Shown here: positions 1 to 8,945 of the stretch, in pieces
Layout of the letters: every line of letters starts with the position of its first letter
Numbering within the stretch: position 1 is the stretch's first letter
NCBI GenBank assembly: GCA_028678905.1
Contig: JAJRCO010000019.1
Span: 1 to 45,603 of the forward strand
Reading direction: 5' to 3'
DNA: 45,603 bases
Origin: Methanomicrobiales archaeon
Lineage (GTDB): Archaea; Halobacteriota; Methanomicrobia; Methanomicrobiales; JACTUA01
Position numbers and translations under genes: made by a program
The notes under the pieces: model-generated
What the model saw: the letters and a program-made list of their open reading frames with translations, nothing else
Databases searched by the model: none
What the model was told of the DNA's origin: nothing

Positions 1-375
1 GAGGGCATCGGTCACCTGCTTCTTCACTTCATTCTGTGACATGCCCAGATTCACCGGACCGAACGCGACATCCTGATAGACAGTAGGGGCAAAGAGCTGT
101 GTGTCTGAGTTCTGGAACACAAACCCGACTTTCTTCCGTACTTCGCGAAGAGCTTTCGCATCATACCGCAAAGGGATTCCCTTCAGGAGCACGCTTCCCT
201 CGGTGGGCTGGAGTATCCCGTTACACATGAGGAGAAGGGTCGTTTTTCCTGCCCCGTTCGGGCCCACGATCGCGACCTTCGCCCCATCCTGGATCGAGAA
301 CGTGACTCCGGTCAGTGAATCGGGGCAGTTTGGGTAGGCGAAACGAACGTGGTCAAACGTGAGGATGGCAACCAT
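1..375 (-). CDS. cbiO: ECF/cobalt ABC transporter ATP-binding protein CbiO, N-terminal part (3' end runs off the window)
   Basis: Reverse translation from the ATG at 375 gives MVAILTFDHVRFAYPNCPDSLTGVTFSIQDGAKVAIVGPNGAGKT..., which contains the ABC Walker A motif. The gene starts 7 nt after the cbiQ stop in a cbiMNQO array. It is absent from the ORF track because the window edge cuts it. Confidence 0.85.
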   Translation of the reverse strand, partial: MVAILTFDHVRFAYPNCPDSLTGVTFSIQDGAKVAIVGPNGAGKTTLLLMCNGILQPTEGSVLLKGIPLRYDAKALREVRKKVGFVFQNSDTQLFAPTVYQDVAFGPVNLGMSQNEVKKQVTDAL

Positions 376-382
376 GATTCTC

Positions 383-1168
383 CTAAAATATCACCAGTGA
401 AGAAGAAAAATAAGACAACACGCCGCATCCCGCGAGGTAGGACACGATATACGCGATCAAGACGGGTCTCGTATTTTTTTGTTCTCCGGGGAGTTCCAGC
501 TTCCCATCATAACAGCGTGCATCCATCGCCGTGATCAGTTCTTCTCCCTGTCGCCAGGCTCTGATGAAGAGCATTCCCCCGAGCATGGCCAGAGAGTGCA
601 CCGATCTTTTCAGGGAGGTGTATCCATGGCGGATGGTCTGAGCGTTGTAGATGGAGATCACCTCCCCGACGAGAACAAAGATGAAATGGTAGATCAACAT
701 AGAGAGATCGATCACTGCCGGAGGAAGACGCAGCGAGTGCATGAAAGAAAAGATCTCGATCATGGGGGTGGACAGGGCGATGAAAAATAACGAACTCATA
801 CCCCCCAGGGTCCGGGCGATCAGGAGGAGAGCAAGGTTTGCGGAACCGGTCGTAACGGTGAGAGATATACCAGCCACCGGAAAAATGAAGAGCGGGGCGC
901 CGCCCCCGCGTACAAAGAGGATGACAAGCACTGAGAACACCGAGAAGGAAAGCGGAATGAGGAGGAGGGTGAGGTACAGGCGACCTGGAATCTTCGCAAG
1001 GAATAGGGTGACCATCGCCATTGTGCCTGCAATAAACAGAGGCGTCCAGGGTGTAGTGGAAGAAAGGGAAATCAGGATCGCTCCCAGACCCAGGAGGAGC
1101 TTAAGACGGGTATCCACGTCCCGTAGCCCGTTTGCCTGTGCATAGCCGTCAAGATACTGTTCCATCAT
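383..1168 (-). CDS. cbiQ: Cobalt ECF transporter transmembrane (T) component CbiQ
   Basis: The 261-aa polytopic membrane ORF has the CbiQ/EcfT-like C-terminal region (ARxxRG-type motif ...AQTIRHGY...AMDARCY). It lies between cbiN and cbiO. Confidence 0.85.
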   Translation of the reverse strand: MMEQYLDGYAQANGLRDVDTRLKLLLGLGAILISLSSTTPWTPLFIAGTMAMVTLFLAKIPGRLYLTLLLIPLSFSVFSVLVILFVRGGGAPLFIFPVAGISLTVTTGSANLALLLIARTLGGMSSLFFIALSTPMIEIFSFMHSLRLPPAVIDLSMLIYHFIFVLVGEVISIYNAQTIRHGYTSLKRSVHSLAMLGGMLFIRAWRQGEELITAMDARCYDGKLELPGEQKNTRPVLIAYIVSYLAGCGVLSYFSSSLVIF

Positions 1169-1205
1169 AAGGATTCATTCCTCACGGGCGGTTCATATGC
1201 TCGCA

Positions 1206-1514
1206 TTATGGGGATTTCGGATGTGTCGCCTTTCCACGGTAATAGCCAAAGAAATACCCTATTACCAGAGCTCCCCCCGCTGCCTGGACACTGAATAGCA
1301 GGGATTCTATCTCTCCACTGGGCGGTTCCCAGACAGGAGTGAACCAGGGCTCGTAGCCGGAAGATTCGATGATCTGTGATGCTTTGTCGTCGGTCCCACC
1401 CCAAGCTTCTTCTTCAGGAGAGAGGGTGCGGTGGAGCTGGGCATTCTGCAGGATGAAGAGCGCGGCGAAGACGATGACGGCCAGGACGGTAATCACTTCA
1501 AGGGTATACTTCAT
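1206..1514 (-). CDS. cbiN: Cobalt transport protein CbiN
   Basis: This is the last 102 codons of track ORF 1206..2009 ([22 protein letters not shown]...[12 protein letters not shown]...[12 protein letters not shown]). It has the two-TM CbiN architecture. Its ATG at 1514 overlaps the cbiM stop (ATGA). Confidence 0.85.
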   Translation of the reverse strand: MKYTLEVITVLAVIVFAALFILQNAQLHRTLSPEEEAWGGTDDKASQIIESSGYEPWFTPVWEPPSGEIESLLFSVQAAGGALVIGYFFGYYRGKATHPKSP

Positions 1515-2206
1515 GCGAGAGACTCCTGCACTTTCTTGATCTGGTCCTTCGTCAACACACGTAGTTTCAGCAGGATATCCACCCTTGCCTGAATGATATA
1601 CTTGAACGTCAGCGCGATGATGATGCCCTCCATGATGGCGAGCGGTATCTGCGTGATCGCGAAGATTGCAGCAAAGGTAACAAACGAGGTCATGATTCCC
1701 CCGCTCTGGGCAGGAAATGCAAGTGCCAGCTGCAACGAGGTGATCACGTAGGTGAACAGATCGGTGAAGGCTGCCGCAAGAAAGACGGTAACGAAGGTGT
1801 TCAGTCCAATCGCATTGCCCCCCCGGTAGATCCCATATCCCAGGAAAGGCCCCGCGATGGCCATGGAGAATACATTCGCTCCCAGGGTGGTGAGCCCTCC
1901 GTGCGCCAGGAACAGGGCCTGGTAGAGGAGGACGATGACCCCCATTACCGAGGTCAGGAAGGGACCGAAAAGGATGGCTCCCAATCCGGTACCTGTCGGA
2001 TGAGAGCAACTGCCGGTCACTGAGGGGAGTTTCAGAGAGGAGAGAACGAAGATAAATGCACCGGCGACGGCAAGGAGAGGAAGCGAATCCCGGTGCTCTC
2101 TGGTGAGACGATTAAGGAGGAGGACCCCATAGGCGACAAAGGGGAGCGCGATGATGTACCAGAATATGCACCAGAACAGGGGAAGGAACCCCTCCATGAT
2201 ATGCAT
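1511..2206 (-). CDS. cbiM: Cobalt ECF transporter substrate-capture component CbiM
   Basis: The 231-aa ORF starts MHIMEGFLP, the conserved CbiM N-terminal metal-binding MHI/MEG motif. It has multiple TM segments and is the first gene of cbiMNQO. Confidence 0.9.
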   Translation of the reverse strand: MHIMEGFLPLFWCIFWYIIALPFVAYGVLLLNRLTREHRDSLPLLAVAGAFIFVLSSLKLPSVTGSCSHPTGTGLGAILFGPFLTSVMGVIVLLYQALFLAHGGLTTLGANVFSMAIAGPFLGYGIYRGGNAIGLNTFVTVFLAAAFTDLFTYVITSLQLALAFPAQSGGIMTSFVTFAAIFAITQIPLAIMEGIIIALTFKYIIQARVDILLKLRVLTKDQIKKVQESLA

Positions 2207-2227
2207 GTCAAGTCAACTTGTCTTAAG

Positions 2228-2256
2228 TAAATAAGAATTTTCTTATTTATTGTTAT
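2228..2256 (-). promoter_or_regulatory. Candidate internal TATA/BRE-type promoter for cbiMNQO
   Basis: The only AT-rich stretch (aataaataagaaaattcttattt on the minus strand) in the 144-nt cbiE-cbiM gap lies about 25-50 nt upstream of the cbiM ATG. All other junctions in the cluster overlap. Confidence 0.3.
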
Positions 2257-2350
2257 CTTTTACTGTGCAAGGTGGTTTTTCCCGGGATACTATCGGAGAT
2301 AGCGAACCAATAAGGCAAAAAACAGAAGAAATCTATATACAGTATCCTGC

Positions 2351-2941
2351 TTATGGGCGGAATGTTCCGATTACCAGACTGAACAGAGAGGATATCTTTT
2401 GTGGCGGTGAATCTGTTGAACCCACCGCAATTCTCTCTTCGGGGTATCCGAGGTTTTCACAGACCGCGAGATCGCAGGAGATACCGCTTTTGCACAGGAA
2501 TTCCGCACAGCCTTTGATGTCAAACTGTGGGTCTGCCAGAAGGAATACCACTTTTCCCTGCAGAATCTCCTTACGGAGGATCTCCAGTGGCTGTTGACGA
2601 TCCTTTGCATGGGCGGAAAGCGCGACAACCCGCAGCCAGGAGATCTTCAGCCGTGCACACGCGAGCTGCAGAGAGGATATTCCAGGAATAATTTCGCCGT
2701 CAAGGTATCCCAACCCCCCGAACAGGGGATCCCCCGTGGATAACACGACTGCATCCTCCTCATGAAGATCCCGGAGAGTCTGGTAATCTGCGATTTTGTG
2801 GATCTCACAGTATGGCATAAGATACAACATGGCAAGGGTGATCGCCCGTTCGGAACCGTAGCATTTTTTTGCTCCCCGGATGGCGGCTATAGCCGCTTCC
2901 GTGAGCATCCCCGGACCGCACCCCACCCCCACGATCTTCAT
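2351..2941 (-). CDS. cbiE: Cobalt-precorrin-7 (C5)-methyltransferase CbiE
   Basis: The 196-aa ORF begins MKIVGVGCGPGMLTEAA (tetrapyrrole methylase GxGxG N-terminus). Its length and domain fit CbiE. There is an ATGA overlap with cbiD. Confidence 0.8.
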   Translation of the reverse strand: MKIVGVGCGPGMLTEAAIAAIRGAKKCYGSERAITLAMLYLMPYCEIHKIADYQTLRDLHEEDAVVLSTGDPLFGGLGYLDGEIIPGISSLQLACARLKISWLRVVALSAHAKDRQQPLEILRKEILQGKVVFLLADPQFDIKGCAEFLCKSGISCDLAVCENLGYPEERIAVGSTDSPPQKISSLFSLVIGTFRP

Positions 2942-3942
2942 CCACTATCCCCCACGATCGCACCATCCCGAGAGAACAGAACGACCCGTACCCCCGGCAT
3001 CTCCCTTTTGAATGACTCCAGCGCCTTTCGCATTGCCGGGTAAAAATCCGGTGAACTGCCGAATTCCTCGATGGTGGCGTATCCTGTTCCCTCCAGGATA
3101 TGGGGATCGATCGCCCGCAGGATCAGCCCCGGAAGACCACAGAGGATCGGCGATCCATGTGCATGCATCAGGGCTTCCCGGATGCCGCTTCCGACCAGGA
3201 TCACCTCCTGGTCGGGAAAAAACAGTTTCGCATAGCGGAGGCCCAGGCGGCCCGTTGTGAGCACCGGGTGTTCTATAGTGGCCAGTCGCTCGTACACTGA
3301 ATCCCGCAGGTGCACATCCCAGGGTTCCACCAGGCCGGTCGTCCCCAGAATGGAGATCCCTCCCCCAATACCCACTCGGGCATTGAGGGTGTGTGCGGCC
3401 AGTGCGGGTCCTTCGGGGATAGACAGCACCACTTCGATACCCGGCAATCCCGCGAGATCGACGGCTTCCTTGATCGCTTTCAGGATACTCTCTCGGGCAA
3501 CCACACTGATCGCCGGATCCCCGATACGGAACCGGGGGGTGCCGCGGGCATACCGCCCGATACCGGTACCGGCCACAAGAGTGATTCCCTCCCGCACCGA
3601 AACCTGGGCAAGGATCTCCACACCCGCGGTGACATCTATCTCGTGATCACCGCCGTCTTTTACGCAGGACGCAAAACCACCTTCCGCGGTGACGGGCAGG
3701 ATCGCCTCGATTCCGCAGGGGAGGGTGAGGGAGACCTCCCGCACCGCTTTCCCCAGGGACAGAACCGCTGCCTTCGCCGCGGCTGCCGCAGTGGTACCGG
3801 TCGTAAACCCCCGCCGCAGCACCTTCCCGGAGGCGGTGAGGACCGCGAAACCGCGAGCGACCTCTTCCAGCTGCTCCGGGGTCCTGCACCGTTCCACCCA
3901 GGCTTCCGGATAGATGAAGCCCGTCACCGGATCACGGATCAT
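2938..3942 (-). CDS. cbiD: Cobalt-precorrin-5B (C1)-methyltransferase CbiD
   Basis: The 334-aa ORF carries the CbiD signature LRRGFTTGTTAAAAAKAA near the N-terminus and a GGISILGTTG motif. Confidence 0.9.
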   Translation of the reverse strand: MIRDPVTGFIYPEAWVERCRTPEQLEEVARGFAVLTASGKVLRRGFTTGTTAAAAAKAAVLSLGKAVREVSLTLPCGIEAILPVTAEGGFASCVKDGGDHEIDVTAGVEILAQVSVREGITLVAGTGIGRYARGTPRFRIGDPAISVVARESILKAIKEAVDLAGLPGIEVVLSIPEGPALAAHTLNARVGIGGGISILGTTGLVEPWDVHLRDSVYERLATIEHPVLTTGRLGLRYAKLFFPDQEVILVGSGIREALMHAHGSPILCGLPGLILRAIDPHILEGTGYATIEEFGSSPDFYPAMRKALESFKREMPGVRVVLFSRDGAIVGDSG

Positions 3943-4600
3943 GGTGCTCCCCGCAGAATATTTCGATGATCTCGTTCATCGCGGCCACCGCTACCGGAGT
4001 TCCTCCCCGGGTGCCCTGGGTGGAGATGGAGGGGAGGGGCAGAGTGCGCAGCAGTTCTTTGGACTCCGCCGCGTTGACGAAACCCACCGGAGTCCCGATA
4101 ATGAGCGCCGGGGCGACCCCTTCCTTCGTCATGCCGCACAGTGAGAGCAGAGCAGACGGGGCGTTCCCGATGACCACGATCGCACCGGACAGCCTCTCAC
4201 GGAGGGAGAGGAATCCGGCGGAGGTCCGGGTGATGCCCTGTGAAAAAGCCTGATCAGATCCAAAATCCAAGGCACAGAGGACCGGACTGTGATGGCCTTT
4301 CTTCTGGATTCCGACCTGCACCATGCGGATGTCGGTGAGGATAGGGGCTCCGGCCTCAAGCGCTCGTATTCCTGCAGTAATGGGGTCGTGGGAGAAACGC
4401 AGGAGATCGGCCATAGAAAAATCCCCCACCGCCACCGAGCACCGCTGCCGGATGCGGTCTTCCGCGGTCGCGTTTCCGATCTCCTGCCGGGCCAGCATTC
4501 GGCTACAGCGGGAGATCTTGTAGGCCTCCCGGGTCTCTGCACCCAGGTCAGTATGTGTATTTCCGGTGGTATCCCCGTGGCGTGATGATTCCTCTGACAT
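3932..4600 (-). CDS. cbiC: Cobalt-precorrin-8 methylmutase CbiC
   Basis: The 222-aa ORF has CbiC/CobH motifs (IGNAPSAL, GTPVGFVNAAESKE). The start is uncertain: 4600 overlaps cbiH by 53 nt. Confidence 0.85.
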   Translation of the reverse strand: MSEESSRHGDTTGNTHTDLGAETREAYKISRCSRMLARQEIGNATAEDRIRQRCSVAVGDFSMADLLRFSHDPITAGIRALEAGAPILTDIRMVQVGIQKKGHHSPVLCALDFGSDQAFSQGITRTSAGFLSLRERLSGAIVVIGNAPSALLSLCGMTKEGVAPALIIGTPVGFVNAAESKELLRTLPLPSISTQGTRGGTPVAVAAMNEIIEIFCGEHHDP

Positions 4601-5327
4601 CTGAACCCCTCCTCCATATCCTCGTCTCTTCTCCTCCGATGATTACCGTGGAATGCATATCGATCCGATCCAGGTTCTCCCGCATACCACCCAGCGTCGT
4701 CACCAGCACCTCTTCTTCCTCCCGGTAGGCATTCCGGACCACACCTACAGGAACCGTATCGGCGAGGTGTTTTCCGGCGATTTCCAGTGCTTTCTGGAGG
4801 TTATCCGGCCGTCCTCTGCTCCGTGGGTTGTAGAGGGCTACCGGCACACCCATGGAAAAGGCGTGCCCGAGGCGCTGTTCGATCTTCTCCCAGGGAGTAA
4901 GCAGATCTGAAAGGCTGATCACTACGAAATCCCCGGAAAGGGGCGATCCCAGTCTGGAAGCGGCCGCCTGGGCGGCGGTAATGCCGGGGATGATCTCCAG
5001 CCGAACGTCAATCCCCTGGCGTTCGATAACCTCGAGCACAATGGAGGCCATCCCGTAGACACCGGCATCTCCTCCGGAGACCAGGGATACGACGTGGATG
5101 CCGGCGAGCTTGATGGATTGCTCCGCTCTCTCCACTTCCTTCCCCATGGAGCTCCGTATCACCTGTTTTCCTGCGATCAGGGGGTCCAGGAAATCCAGGT
5201 ACACACCGTTGCCCAGGATGTATGTTGATTCCTCGAGTGCCATCCTCGCCCTTTCGGTCAGAAGGGATAGGTCCCCCGGACCGGTCCCTACCAGGTAGAG
5301 TTTTCCCTGTTCACCGGGCGATGGCAA
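4548..5327 (-). CDS. cbiH: Cobalt-factor III / precorrin-3B C17-methyltransferase CbiH
   Basis: The 259-aa ORF has KLYLVGTGPGD, SGGDAGVYGMAS and SLSDLLTPWEKIEQRL, all typical of CbiH/CobJ. Confidence 0.85.
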   Translation of the reverse strand: MPSPGEQGKLYLVGTGPGDLSLLTERARMALEESTYILGNGVYLDFLDPLIAGKQVIRSSMGKEVERAEQSIKLAGIHVVSLVSGGDAGVYGMASIVLEVIERQGIDVRLEIIPGITAAQAAASRLGSPLSGDFVVISLSDLLTPWEKIEQRLGHAFSMGVPVALYNPRSRGRPDNLQKALEIAGKHLADTVPVGVVRNAYREEEEVLVTTLGGMRENLDRIDMHSTVIIGGEETRIWRRGSDVRGIITPRGYHRKYTY

Positions 5328-6183
5328 CGGTCACACCTCCATACACCGTCTTAAATAGCACCAGGTTCTTATGGCGGGACAAGGCCAGGGCGCACGGCTC
5401 CGCCACTCCCACCAGCCCGATATCGCCGGCCCGGGAAACAGAGATCGTTTTCTGTTCGTTGATGATTCGGTCATCGAGATACACCAGCGTACCGGAAAGA
5501 TCTGCGATCGCCTCTTCCAGGCCTCTTTCTCCTTTCTTCTTCTCTGTGGTGACATAGGCAAAGATCCTTTCACGATCGATGCTGGCATCGGTAAAAGCCT
5601 TTCCGAGGGCGGTGATTACCTCATCCTTCCGAATACCTTTGCGGCAGCCAATCCCCACTATAAATTCTCCTCTGCGCAGGAGGACAGAGACCCGGGGACC
5701 GGCAATCACCACCCCAGGCCCGGGCACCGGGTAGACCTGCACATCTCCCTCCAAGATCGCCCCATTCACCGCCCGGGTGGAGTCGCGGTTCAGGATTTCG
5801 GTAGAGGTCCTGTCGGCAATAGCCTCCACTGATTCTTTTCCCATCGCCTCGGTCGCAGTGGTGATCACCGGGATCAGACCTGCCCCCGCGAGCTCTTTTG
5901 CCAGGGCATTGGCCCCGTGGTGACCTCCCAGCAGCGGGATCGCATACCGCAGGTTGGGACTGATCACCACGACGGCAGGGTCCTCCCACTTGTTCCGGAT
6001 CTCCGGGGCCATTGCCCGGACAACGATTCCCGCCGCCATGATCGCGACAATCTTCCGGTAGGTATGGAACACCTCCCGGAAATTCTCCCGGGAATACTCC
6101 TTTCTGTCCGCATTCAGGTACTGCGCGATGCGATCCGCATCTTCGGAGGAATGCGGCAGGGAAAGAACCACTGTGTCGGTCAT
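5311..6183 (-). CDS. cbiG: Cobalt-precorrin-5A hydrolase CbiG
   Basis: The CbiG-like sequence starts at MTDTVVLSL (ATG 6183, ATGA overlap with the cbiF stop). The C-terminal domain shows GIGCRKG...VGVAEPCAL. The 48 codons upstream in the track ORF overlap cbiF and were discarded. Confidence 0.8.
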   Translation of the reverse strand: MTDTVVLSLPHSSEDADRIAQYLNADRKEYSRENFREVFHTYRKIVAIMAAGIVVRAMAPEIRNKWEDPAVVVISPNLRYAIPLLGGHHGANALAKELAGAGLIPVITTATEAMGKESVEAIADRTSTEILNRDSTRAVNGAILEGDVQVYPVPGPGVVIAGPRVSVLLRRGEFIVGIGCRKGIRKDEVITALGKAFTDASIDRERIFAYVTTEKKKGERGLEEAIADLSGTLVYLDDRIINEQKTISVSRAGDIGLVGVAEPCALALSRHKNLVLFKTVYGGVTVAIAR

Positions 6184-6899
6184 GAGTACAGCACCGACCG
6201 CGAATACGACATGCCCGGATCTACTACCTGTCCGATGATGATCAGGGCCGATCGGTCGATCTCCGCCTCTTTTACTCTCTCCGCAATATCGGCGACCGTC
6301 CCTTTCACGATCTTCTGGTCTTTCCACGAGGCATGGTACACTACTGCTACCGGCGTATCGGGCATGAATTCGGTGCGGGAGAAGATATCAGCGATTTTTT
6401 CGGTGCCCAGGAATATCACCACGGTTGCTGCGAATCGCGAAAGCGCCCTCAGATCATCACGTTCCAGGGTCTGGCCTGCAGGACGGGTGATAATCAGGGT
6501 GTCGGCGACGCCTTTCAGGGTGAGCTGGGTCTGCAGGGCGGCCGCGGCGCCGAAGAGGGAGGAGACACCGGGCACGATCTCCGCACCGATACCCTTTTTC
6601 TTGAGCTCGGCGATCTGCTCCACGATTGCCCCATACAGCGAAGGGTCCCCGGAATGAAGTCTGACCACCAGCTTACCCGCCCATACCCCGGACTCCATGG
6701 TCTGCAGCAGTTCCTCCAGATGCATCCCCCAGCTGTCAAGCTTCTCGGGAGCTGGAGAGCGAGCTACCAGTTCGGGGTTGACCAGCGATCCTGTGTAGAT
6801 GAGCAGATCCGCCCTCCGCACCAGGTCCATCCCCTTTACCGTGATCAGGTCAGGGTCCCCCGGACCGGCACCAACAAAATATACTCGCTTCATCGCCAT
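6180..6899 (-). CDS. cbiF: Cobalt-precorrin-4 C11-methyltransferase CbiF
   Basis: The 239-aa ORF has VYFVGAGPGDPDLITVKG and HSGDPSLYGAIVEQ, the classic CbiF/CobM motifs. Confidence 0.9.
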   Translation of the reverse strand: MAMKRVYFVGAGPGDPDLITVKGMDLVRRADLLIYTGSLVNPELVARSPAPEKLDSWGMHLEELLQTMESGVWAGKLVVRLHSGDPSLYGAIVEQIAELKKKGIGAEIVPGVSSLFGAAAALQTQLTLKGVADTLIITRPAGQTLERDDLRALSRFAATVVIFLGTEKIADIFSRTEFMPDTPVAVVYHASWKDQKIVKGTVADIAERVKEAEIDRSALIIIGQVVDPGMSYSRSVLYS

Positions 6900-7504
6900 G
6901 CCACCATAATGCTCAGGTAATCGCTTGTCTCTGGAAACTCCTCTTCCCGATACACCTTTTCATTGTCCAAGAAGATCCGCTCCACCAGCACGAAATGGAG
7001 GTATCCCTCGTGCCGCAGCTTCTCCACCGTCTCACGGGGCTTCCGCACTTTCAGGAATATCTTCGCGGAGGGTTCCGATCCATCGGATACAATGAAACTG
7101 TTGGAAATGGGGATGCCGGCCACGGCCGCGCAGGCGGTGATGGCGCTCACCCCCGGTTCCGCCCGGCAACAGATGTCCGGATGCCGTGCCGCCATTACCG
7201 TGCATAACCGTGAAAACGTGGAGAAGAAATTTGGATCCCCAAGGAGCGCGAAAATGGCGATCCCGTCTCGGGCAGCGGCCGCGATCCGGTCCGCATTTCC
7301 GTGCAGGCACCGCTCGATCGCCTCTTCATCATCTGTCATGGGAAAGGGGAGGATAGTTGCCGTCCGATAGGGTGCGACCAGCTGTGCGGCCAGCTTCCCG
7401 GGGACGAAGACTGCGTCAGCCTCTCGCAGCAGCCGTACCGCCCGGAGGGTGAGAAGTTCCGGGTTCCCGGGGCCAAGGCCCAGCCCGATCAGCGTGACGA
7501 TCTC
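6890..7504 (-). CDS. cbiL: Cobalt-factor II (precorrin-2) C20-methyltransferase CbiL, with no canonical start codon in frame (possible frameshift)
   Basis: The track ORF (6890..7339) begins only at MTDDEE. The same frame stays open upstream and encodes EIVTLIGLGLGPGNPELLTLRAVRLLREADAVFVPG, the methylase SAM-binding N-terminus. I found no ATG, GTG or TTG in that frame between the upstream TGA and 7339. Confidence 0.7.
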   Translation of the reverse strand, partial: EIVTLIGLGLGPGNPELLTLRAVRLLREADAVFVPGKLAAQLVAPYRTATILPFPMTDDEEAIERCLHGNADRIAAAARDGIAIFALLGDPNFFSTFSRLCTVMAARHPDICCRAEPGVSAITACAAVAGIPISNSFIVSDGSEPSAKIFLKVRKPRETVEKLRHEGYLHFVLVERIFLDNEKVYREEEFPETSDYLSIMVAWR

Positions 7505-8106
7505 CCCCCTACCACAATATAGACGGGATCGATGGGGCGGAACATGGTCTGCTCCCCCAGATCGTGCGAACGGGCAACCTGCACATGAATTGCCTCACAA
7601 AATATTCCCTGTTTCTTCATCTCCGCGATCGCAATTGAGAGCGTCTGGATCAGCACCGCATTTACCACAATCGTGCGGTCGACCTTTCCGGCGAGCAGCG
7701 CGAGTACCTCTGCAAGCCGACCGGATCCTCCTACAAAGGCGCAGTCCAGCCGGTCCACTCCGGCGAGAAAATCCTCAGCTTCTCCTTCATAAAAAGTGAT
7801 ATTTTCCACTCCGGACCGTTCCGCGGCGGACCGGGCATACGCGATCGCCTCCGGTCTCCGATCCACGGCAAAGACCCTCTTTGTTCTCATTGCAAGGACC
7901 AAAGAGACCTTTCCAGACCCGCATCCGATGTCAGCGACGACATCGGATCTTAGCAGCCCCAGTTTGGCCATGTCGATGGCCAGTATTTCGTCCTGCGTTG
8001 ATCCGCCTTTCAGCCCGGTGGTCATTCTCCCTGTTATGTGTGTGTCATCAATTCTTAAAAATGGAGGCCAATCGCGGGTGGGTGTAGGTTTCCTGTTTAA
8101 ACTCAT
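7489..8106 (-). CDS. cbiT: Cobalt-precorrin-6B C15-methyltransferase (decarboxylating) CbiT
   Basis: The ORF has a class I methyltransferase motif (VVADIGCGSGKVSL) and a CbiT-like N-terminus (...GGSTQDEILA). The start is taken at the ATG at 8106; the track ORF extends to 8163. Confidence 0.8.
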   Translation of the reverse strand: MSLNRKPTPTRDWPPFLRIDDTHITGRMTTGLKGGSTQDEILAIDMAKLGLLRSDVVADIGCGSGKVSLVLAMRTKRVFAVDRRPEAIAYARSAAERSGVENITFYEGEAEDFLAGVDRLDCAFVGGSGRLAEVLALLAGKVDRTIVVNAVLIQTLSIAIAEMKKQGIFCEAIHVQVARSHDLGEQTMFRPIDPVYIVVGGRSSR

Positions 8107-8214
8107 GGATACGGGTAGACTAACACACCTTTTTTCAGTCAGGGAACGGGTACCATGCTCCAAAGAGAAGGCAACAAGAATAAATCCTCCCGATCAATCG
8201 TACTGCAGAACAGT

Positions 8215-8811
8215 ATGAACCATTGTTATGTGCTTGTCCTTCTCCTCATCGTAAGTGCGGTCACGCTGGGATGCACCACTGCCCCGGTGTCAGAGAGCTG
8301 CCCGGTCACCACCGTATCCGACCTGTTGCCTGCGCAAAACATCAGCACGTATCAGCCTGTCTCCTTCTCCAGCAATCTCGGATCAGATTTCTACCGGGTC
8401 CTGCTGGAGAATGATTCCCAGCTCCTCTCCGTTATCAGGACGGGAATTGTCGCCGACTACAATTCAACAAGCGTCCCCGGGGCCAGTATGAATATCCTGG
8501 TCATAGAATTTGGAGATCCGGCCAGTGCGGAGACCGCCGTTTCAATACTGCAGGACGCCGTGATAAACACGATCTCTGCCAATTCCACCGCCCAGGCAGA
8601 GAAGATAGATAGAAACAACATCTCTTATTCTTCCCTTCACATCACCGGCATCACCACTCCAAGCGGGGTGGAGTTCTACCAGGAGTTTGTGTTCTGGCAT
8701 GTGCACCAGTATACGGTGATGAACAAACTAACCACCCCGGATATCGGGCAGGATCCCCATGGGGAAATGCTGAAATTTATTGATGAAATGGCATACCTCT
8801 GCTCGCCGTAA
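8215..8811 (+). CDS. Hypothetical secreted/lipobox protein
   Basis: The ORF starts MNHCYVLVLLLIVSAVTLGCTTAP (signal peptide plus a Cys lipobox-like site). I recognised no family. The start is chosen at the internal ATG at 8215. Confidence 0.55.
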   Translation: MNHCYVLVLLLIVSAVTLGCTTAPVSESCPVTTVSDLLPAQNISTYQPVSFSSNLGSDFYRVLLENDSQLLSVIRTGIVADYNSTSVPGASMNILVIEFGDPASAETAVSILQDAVINTISANSTAQAEKIDRNNISYSSLHITGITTPSGVEFYQEFVFWHVHQYTVMNKLTTPDIGQDPHGEMLKFIDEMAYLCSP

Positions 8812-8945
8812 CGAAGGAATACCTATTTTTAACGTGATTTGGGTGCTCCAGTGACAATATGGCCGGATGACGCAGCTGCCCGTCTTCCTGATCATCCGCA
8901 TAAAAAGCATGAATGAGTAGATGGGCAGGGAATGTCCCTCACATC

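Noticed and set aside
1515-2009. The upstream 165 codons of track ORF 1206..2009.
   Set aside because: This part overlaps cbiM in another frame and is low-complexity. Only the last 102 codons (cbiN, from the ATG at 1514) look real.
2207-2350. A possible cobalamin riboswitch upstream of cbiMNQO.
   Set aside because: I could not find a B12-box-like core, and the segment is mostly AT-rich and only 144 nt long. Cobalamin riboswitches are, to my knowledge, not established in Archaea. An Infernal scan would settle it.
6184-6327. The N-terminal 48-codon extension of the cbiG track ORF.
   Set aside because: It overlaps the cbiF 3' end, is Arg/Gly-rich, and is not part of the CbiG fold. The ATG at 6183 gives the classic ATGA coupling.
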